Assembly (NCBI GenBank): GCA_038062595.1
Contig: JBBTWW010000134.1
Coordinates: forward strand, 1 to 28,183
From: Patescibacteria group bacterium
GTDB taxonomy: Bacteria > Patescibacteriota > Gracilibacteria > UBA1369 > JBBTWW01
Direction of reading: 5' to 3'
DNA: 28,183 nt
The notes beneath the pieces were generated by a model, which had not been told where the DNA came from, made no database searches, and saw only the letters and a list, made by a program, of their open reading frames with translations. Numbering within the stretch: the stretch's first letter is position 1; each line of letters opens with the position of its first letter. Positions 23,892 to 28,183 of this stretch are shown one piece after another. Made by a program: the position numbers and the translations under genes.

Positions 23892-24163
23892 TTGCGGTAG
23901 ACCTCTTTATGGTGAGCAACCCGAAGTACAACTAAAACAACAACGGTGTTATTTTTTGGGTCCAGTCTAAATATCACCCTGTAGTCACCCACCCTGTACC
24001 TATATGTATCCAAGGAAAATCCTTTTAGCTTTTTTGCATTTTTCATGGGATTTTCCTGCGCAACGTACTCTTTCATCTTCTTTAAAATTCGTACCGCCTG
24101 CACGCTATCCAATTTACCGATATCCTTCTCCGCCTGGTGAGTATAGAAAATTCTATAATCCAT
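23888..24163 (-). CDS. RelE/ParE-family toxin
   Basis: Y.I.YT..A.KD..KL, KKLKG....YRYRVGDYRVIF, V.HHKEVY. Overlaps the antitoxin by 11 bp. Confidence 0.9.
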   Translation of the reverse strand: MDYRIFYTHQAEKDIGKLDSVQAVRILKKMKEYVAQENPMKNAKKLKGFSLDTYRYRVGDYRVIFRLDPKNNTVVVLVVLRVAHHKEVYRN

Positions 24164-24380
24164 ATTTCTTCATTAGCTCCTTGCTGGTGACGTACATCCC
24201 ATTTTTATACTCTTTCCAGGATGCTTCTACCGTATCGGCAAAATTATCCTGCATCAGTGGTTTTATTACCATGGTGTCGCCGCTGATTTCAGAGATAAAA
24301 TACCTTGTTTGATATTTATCGCGCCAGACTTTTGGGATTGTAACCTGCCCCTGTGAGGTTGCCTGCAGTATCTTGGTCAT
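24153..24380 (-). CDS. AbrB/MazE/SpoVT-family antitoxin
   Basis: TSQGQVTIPK.WR AbrB motif, then ..IKP; C-terminal S..EY..G.Y.T..EL.KK. ATG at 24380 (alternative TTG at 24386). Confidence 0.85.
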   Translation of the reverse strand: MTKILQATSQGQVTIPKVWRDKYQTRYFISEISGDTMVIKPLMQDNFADTVEASWKEYKNGMYVTSKELMKKYGL

Positions 24381-24452
24381 ATTCAAATATAATGAAATAA
24401 TAAACTACATAATTATTATATCATATAAACAGCCGTGTGATCAACCCCGTGA

Positions 24453-24905
24453 TCATCCAATCTTCCTCACCACCGAGCGATCCTGACAGTCATCGAGAAA
24501 TGAATCTACCGGCAAGAGCTCGGAGAGCGGCACCAAGACGAACTTACGCTTCGTCATCTCGCGGTGCGGTATTGATAGCTCCTCGGTGTCAACTGTTTGG
24601 CTGCCGTAAAGCAAAATATCAATGTCGATCGCTCTCGGCCCCCATTTTTCGCCGTCAACACGTCCTATCTCTTTTTCAACTCTTTTGATAAGCGCCAGTA
24701 GCTCCTCCGGCTCGAGCGTAGTCTCCACCTCGACACACTGATTGAGGAACCATGGCTGATCGCGATCCCCCCACGGCTCGCACTCATACATCGCCGACTC
24801 GCGGCGGACCGACACTCCGGCCTTACCAAGTAATACCTGTGCCTCGCGCAAGCTATGCTCACGCTCACCGAGATTTGAACCTATGGAAAGAAAAATTCCT
24901 CTCAT
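24453..24905 (-). CDS. folK: 2-amino-4-hydroxy-6-hydroxymethyldihydropteridine diphosphokinase (HPPK)
   Basis: FLSIGSNLG.R, Y..EPWG..DQP.FLN, IE...GR...KWGPR.IDIDIL.YG, IPH..M..R.FVL.PL. Confidence 0.97.
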   Translation of the reverse strand: MRGIFLSIGSNLGEREHSLREAQVLLGKAGVSVRRESAMYECEPWGDRDQPWFLNQCVEVETTLEPEELLALIKRVEKEIGRVDGEKWGPRAIDIDILLYGSQTVDTEELSIPHREMTKRKFVLVPLSELLPVDSFLDDCQDRSVVRKIG

Positions 24906-25471
24906 GTTTTTTTATTAAAAATTAAATCGTTCAACTTCAACTTATACTTGCGTCGCGCCAGCTCGTCTATCGTTTCAGAACTTTTTTCGTAACCATCCAA
25001 TCCCAGCAGGCCAATCCCCTCTTTTACGGTCTTTGGATCCGCCGCCTCTATCTCCACCAGCGGTGGAATACGCGGATATTCATCAATCTCAAACTTCCAT
25101 TTCTTATATGAGTACAGTGTCCTGCGTTTTTCATAATACACCGTTTGCTTCAGTCCCATTTTTTTAAAAACTGCACTCATTGACTCAAAAACACCGGCGC
25201 CATCAAAAGTCATTTCTGTTTCATCAAAAACTTTACATCCGCCTTTTATACCGCGCTTTTTTTTGTATACAAACTCTGTGTGGATACCATCGCCTTTTAC
25301 AATCTCACGCAGGCGCAGTAGGTCGCCTTTCTTTCTAATCCTGCCATCAGGAAAATCAAAATACCTGACTTTCATGCTCCCGGTGTAAATAAGCTTCGCA
25401 CGAATATCGCGCAGTTTTTTTAAAACAGCGGTCTTGCTGATCTCCAGTATTTTCATTTCAACCTCGCGCAT
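24902..25471 (-). CDS. CYTH (triphosphate tunnel metalloenzyme / class IV adenylate cyclase-like) protein
   Basis: N-terminal EVEMK (ExExK), YFD, LLRLR, EKRR..Y, EIDEYP....VEIE. ATGA overlap with folK. Confidence 0.9.
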   Translation of the reverse strand: MREVEMKILEISKTAVLKKLRDIRAKLIYTGSMKVRYFDFPDGRIRKKGDLLRLREIVKGDGIHTEFVYKKKRGIKGGCKVFDETEMTFDGAGVFESMSAVFKKMGLKQTVYYEKRRTLYSYKKWKFEIDEYPRIPPLVEIEAADPKTVKEGIGLLGLDGYEKSSETIDELARRKYKLKLNDLIFNKKT

Positions 25472-25487
25472 TGCACCTTCAACTATA

Positions 25488-26342
25488 TCACGGCTTTAAC
25501 CCTACCAAAACCCTGGTGTTAAAACTCCACGTTTTCCCGCCGCTTGATGGATTAATTCTTGAAGTAACTGCAATCGTGATGCGTCTTAATACACTAATGG
25601 GGACCTCTGTAAGACGCCGATTACCATCAAATGTGGCTGGAGTACTCTTTAGTGGTCCGTATCCAACCACTCTGTACACGGGAGTGCTACTATTTATGGA
25701 GATACAGTTGATACGTATGCACCATATTTCCCCGGTATTTACAACTATCGCACACTCGGGGTGGATTTTAGAAACTATCTCATTCAATCTGAACTGATTA
25801 AATGCATCAGCATGCCATTCCCGATATGCAGACTCTTCTGCGCCGGCCTCAATTCTAATCGATCCTTCAGGTCTAGCTCCAAAAACCGGCGGGGCACCAG
25901 GTACTCTTTGTCTATCGCTGGACGGAGCTATGGCAGCGCTTCTACTTTCAAACGCATTCGGACTTGAGACGTCGTGGACAACTCTCGCTACACCTCTTGT
26001 GATATCTTCATCAACATGGCGACTGGCCGCACTGCTATCACGTAACCTAAGTGCATTCAAAACTGCAACGCCATGCATTACGCCATCCATAACCATATCT
26101 CCGGACTGCACGGCAAAACGGTCTTTTCCTACACGTATTACGACTATACCTTCTGTCCTGTCGAGGACGAGTTTACCTTGGAGATCTTTGCCATCGCGGG
26201 CAAACTCAATCGATGATAGCTCAACTTCTCTGTCCTCGCCGTCACCAAGATCCTGCTCGCGATTATCTCTGCCAAATGTTGTGAGAAAACTAACGTCGTC
26301 CTGCGTTAGAGGAACCCTTGTTTTTCCGGTTTCGAGACTCAT
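25488..26342 (-). CDS. Hypothetical protein (orphan, two segments joined by a low-complexity linker)
   Basis: Long ORF between queD and CYTH. ATG 26342 (MSLETG) preferred over 26378. Own promoter. Confidence 0.7.
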   Translation of the reverse strand: MSLETGKTRVPLTQDDVSFLTTFGRDNREQDLGDGEDREVELSSIEFARDGKDLQGKLVLDRTEGIVVIRVGKDRFAVQSGDMVMDGVMHGVAVLNALRLRDSSAASRHVDEDITRGVARVVHDVSSPNAFESRSAAIAPSSDRQRVPGAPPVFGARPEGSIRIEAGAEESAYREWHADAFNQFRLNEIVSKIHPECAIVVNTGEIWCIRINCISINSSTPVYRVVGYGPLKSTPATFDGNRRLTEVPISVLRRITIAVTSRINPSSGGKTWSFNTRVLVGLKP

Positions 26343-26394
26343 GGATATAGATTTTATCAGCTTATGACAAAAAGGCAAACCTGAAGTTTAGCAT

Positions 26395-26423
26395 AAAATA
26401 ACATGGGCGCAACTTTTAGTCAA
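26395..26423 (-). promoter_or_regulatory. Internal sigma70 promoter at the queD stop
   Basis: TTGACT (26423-26418), 17 bp, TGT-TATTTT (-10 at 26400-26395). Confidence 0.5.
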
Positions 26424-26868
26424 TAACTACGCAGGCTCCCTCCCCTTCAAAAAGACGCACCTCAAAGAGCTTTATTTTTGAAAAATCCGTTTGATTTGGG
26501 CGAATCTTCTCGGCTGATTTCTGGCGAGCGTAATAGAACTGGATATCGTCGAGATATTTCCTGTCGAGCGACATTGCTTTTAACAAACGCGGCAGTGGTT
26601 TTAATTTCTTCCAAATCCATGTGGCTATATTCTCAGCAGTTGGATTTTTGAAAACATCATTAAGATTTTGATGATCGAGCTCGTCCAGAATATATTTTTT
26701 TACAACGTTTTTTAAAAGCGCGAAGTCGAGCACCATGCCATTCTTGCGAACCGGCCCGCTAACTGTAACCTCCAGACGGTAGGTGTGCCCGTGCATACGC
26801 TCGCACTTGCCGTGATAGTCGGTGAGCTGGTGAGCGGCGTCAAAATGGAAATTTTTCGTGATGCGCAT
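26416..26868 (-). CDS. queD: 6-pyruvoyl-tetrahydropterin synthase family protein (QueD/PTPS, CExxHGH subtype)
   Basis: F.FDAAH.L, GKCERMHGHTY, GMVLDF, LDH..LND...NPTAEN.A.WI. Confidence 0.9.
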   Translation of the reverse strand: MRITKNFHFDAAHQLTDYHGKCERMHGHTYRLEVTVSGPVRKNGMVLDFALLKNVVKKYILDELDHQNLNDVFKNPTAENIATWIWKKLKPLPRLLKAMSLDRKYLDDIQFYYARQKSAEKIRPNQTDFSKIKLFEVRLFEGEGACVVID

Positions 26869-26877
26869 GTGGGATTT

Positions 26878-28050
26878 TTAACGGGTGAAGATATTTTTTA
26901 TAAGTTCTACTATCGGCTTCACATTGTGCACCCTAGCTATACTGGCTCCATTTTGCAGTGCGAGTAGCGAGGTGGCAATAGAAGCTTCTTCACGTGAACC
27001 GATATCGCCTCCCAGGAATGATTTTCGCGATGTGCCGACGAGAATAGGAAAACCGAGCGACCTGAGCTCGCCAAGTCGGCTAAGAATCTCAAAGCTGTAC
27101 ATGGGATCGCTGGAGACAAATGCACCCATGCCAGGATCGATGATAATCTGGTTTTCTTTAATACCCTGCGAGATCGCGAACTCGATGCGTGAGGACAAAA
27201 AATCCTTCACCGCATGTATGACATCCTTGTATTTTTTGGGCACGCGTGTGGTTCGCGGAGTGTTGTCTTTTGCGTACATGAGTACAGCCTGCACCCCGCT
27301 CTCGGCAACCAACTTTGCCATATTTTTATCGCCGCGAAGAGCGGTAACATCGTTTACGATCGATGCACCGTTGACTATGGCAAAGCGTGCAACTTCTGAC
27401 TTGTATGTATCTATCGATAACTCAGTGTGTTTGCCATGGCCACCATGGTTGTCAAAGAGTCCGGATTTTTTTAATTCTTTTAATACTGGTGCGATACGGG
27501 CGAGCTCGTCTGGTTCGCTAACAGGCTTTGACCCCGGACCGGTGGACTCACCGCCTATATCGATGATATGCGCGCCGTCGCGGGCAAGTGCCTTTGCGTG
27601 TGTGACGGCGCGGCTAACGTCAACGAACTTGCCGCCGTCTGAGAATGAATCTGATGTGATATTTAACACACCCATCACGCGCGGCAGACCAAAATCACGC
27701 GTCATTCCGGTAAACACTCTCTGTAGCGCCTCCGCGACGGCGCGCAGTCCAAAAGGCTGACCTTTTAACTTTCCAATCAACTGCTCCAGCTGGCGCTGAT
27801 TTACCATTAGAACTCCGTCCGCTTTTTTTGCACGTAGAAATGAAGCTTCTTTTGATAGCGCGAGCTCACCGCCAAATGACAGTGCATCCTGTTTGAGAAT
27901 ATTCGCCGCACGAATATCAAGACTGCGCAGATGAAAAACATGCGTCTGCATTTTTTTTGACATTATCATAACGCCTGGTGGATCACAGCCAAGCTCTGAC
28001 AGAAGATTCTGTGCGTCTTTTGCGGTACTGATTTTTTTTACCGAGATCAT
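26878..28050 (-). CDS. folP: Dihydropteroate synthase with ~115 aa N-terminal domain (Helicobacter/Campylobacter-type long FolP)
   Basis: DHPS motifs VMGVLNIT.DSFSDGG, DIGGESTGPG, SIDTY, NDV..L, IIIDPG.G, SRKSF, RVHNV. N-domain with ILKQ.A.S.GG, DGVL, QLE.LI.K..QPFGL. Confidence 0.95.
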   Translation of the reverse strand: MISVKKISTAKDAQNLLSELGCDPPGVMIMSKKMQTHVFHLRSLDIRAANILKQDALSFGGELALSKEASFLRAKKADGVLMVNQRQLEQLIGKLKGQPFGLRAVAEALQRVFTGMTRDFGLPRVMGVLNITSDSFSDGGKFVDVSRAVTHAKALARDGAHIIDIGGESTGPGSKPVSEPDELARIAPVLKELKKSGLFDNHGGHGKHTELSIDTYKSEVARFAIVNGASIVNDVTALRGDKNMAKLVAESGVQAVLMYAKDNTPRTTRVPKKYKDVIHAVKDFLSSRIEFAISQGIKENQIIIDPGMGAFVSSDPMYSFEILSRLGELRSLGFPILVGTSRKSFLGGDIGSREEASIATSLLALQNGASIARVHNVKPIVELIKNIFTR

Positions 28051-28181
28051 AGTGACGACTTTACATACGCAGACAGCAGGCCTGCGAGGAGCTCAGTATA
28101 CGTCCCGGGAACCGCTTTGCCAAGCCTTTTCCCATTCACTCGCACTACCGGCATGACACCGCGTGTGACACTGGTGATAAA
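28047..28181 (-). CDS. C-terminus of a class IV PLP aminotransferase (IlvE/PabC-like), truncated by the window end
   Basis: Manual translation FITSVTRGVMPVVRVNGKRLGKAVPGTYTELLAGLLSAYVKSSL*. F.TS.TRG.MPV..V.G..G...PG..T is the fold-IV C-terminal pattern. The TGA overlaps the folP ATG (ATGA). Confidence 0.75.
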   Translation of the reverse strand, partial: FITSVTRGVMPVVRVNGKRLGKAVPGTYTELLAGLLSAYVKSSL

Positions 28182-28183
28182 GC

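Noticed and set aside
24387-24421. Operator palindrome for the AbrB-RelE pair (ATATAAT...ATTATAT)
   Set aside because: Short arms in a very AT-rich stretch, not distinguishable from chance by eye.
4955-26342. Shared V/I-x-R-x-V-A-x-x-V motif in orphans 4955-5317 and 25488-26342
   Set aside because: Too short and low in complexity to support homology.
26885-27760. 291-aa plus-strand ORF, and similar long antisense ORFs (20421-20981, 11447-12133, 6720-7304, 6722-7162)
   Set aside because: Shadow frames opposite well-supported genes, with no motifs of their own.
1-28183. Diversity-generating retroelement, which is common in CPR
   Set aside because: No reverse transcriptase and no template/variable repeat pair noticed by eye. 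A self dot-plot would be needed to exclude one fully.
1-28183. Alternative genetic code 25 (TGA = Gly)
   Set aside because: Well-conserved genes (rpe, folK, relE, DinG-like) end at TGA at the expected length, several with ATGA/TTGA overlaps, and no conserved gene is interrupted by TGA.

Overview
Chromosomal fragment of a host-dependent bacterium. The best fit is CPR/Patescibacteria, Peregrinibacteria-like; this is inferred from several SLH proteins, near-absence of Shine-Dalgarno motifs, tRNA-Arg(GCG) and compact overlapping genes. TGA is used as a stop, so the code is table 11, not the code 25 of Gracilibacteria. Housekeeping content: partial pyrB divergent from carA, a DnaQ-DinG-like gene coupled to proB, uvrB, ald, a prs-rpiB-rpe pentose/PRPP run, and a folate cluster (partial class IV aminotransferase, long folP, PTPS/QueD, an orphan, CYTH, folK). 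Interspersed are two SLH surface proteins (one with a lytic-transglycosylase-like domain), an HNH gene preceded by an 11-bp-period repeat array, two type II toxin-antitoxin pairs, tRNA-Arg(GCG) with a structured leader element, and five orphan genes that each have their own near-consensus sigma70 promoter. Strongest signals: (1) a non-canonical folate pathway that appears to bypass FolB/FolQ (CExxHGH-type PTPS) and possibly FolA (H. pylori-type FolP N-domain), with a CYTH enzyme coupled to folK; (2) two-mode, SD-independent translation initiation, with about 8 leaderless genes and 7 genes carrying TTTAAY 9-11 nt before the ATG; (3) a Phd antitoxin paired with an unassigned RelE-like toxin under a clear palindromic operator. 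No CRISPR array, rRNA, transposase, integrase or reverse transcriptase was recognised. All family calls come from reading motifs by eye; no database searches were run.
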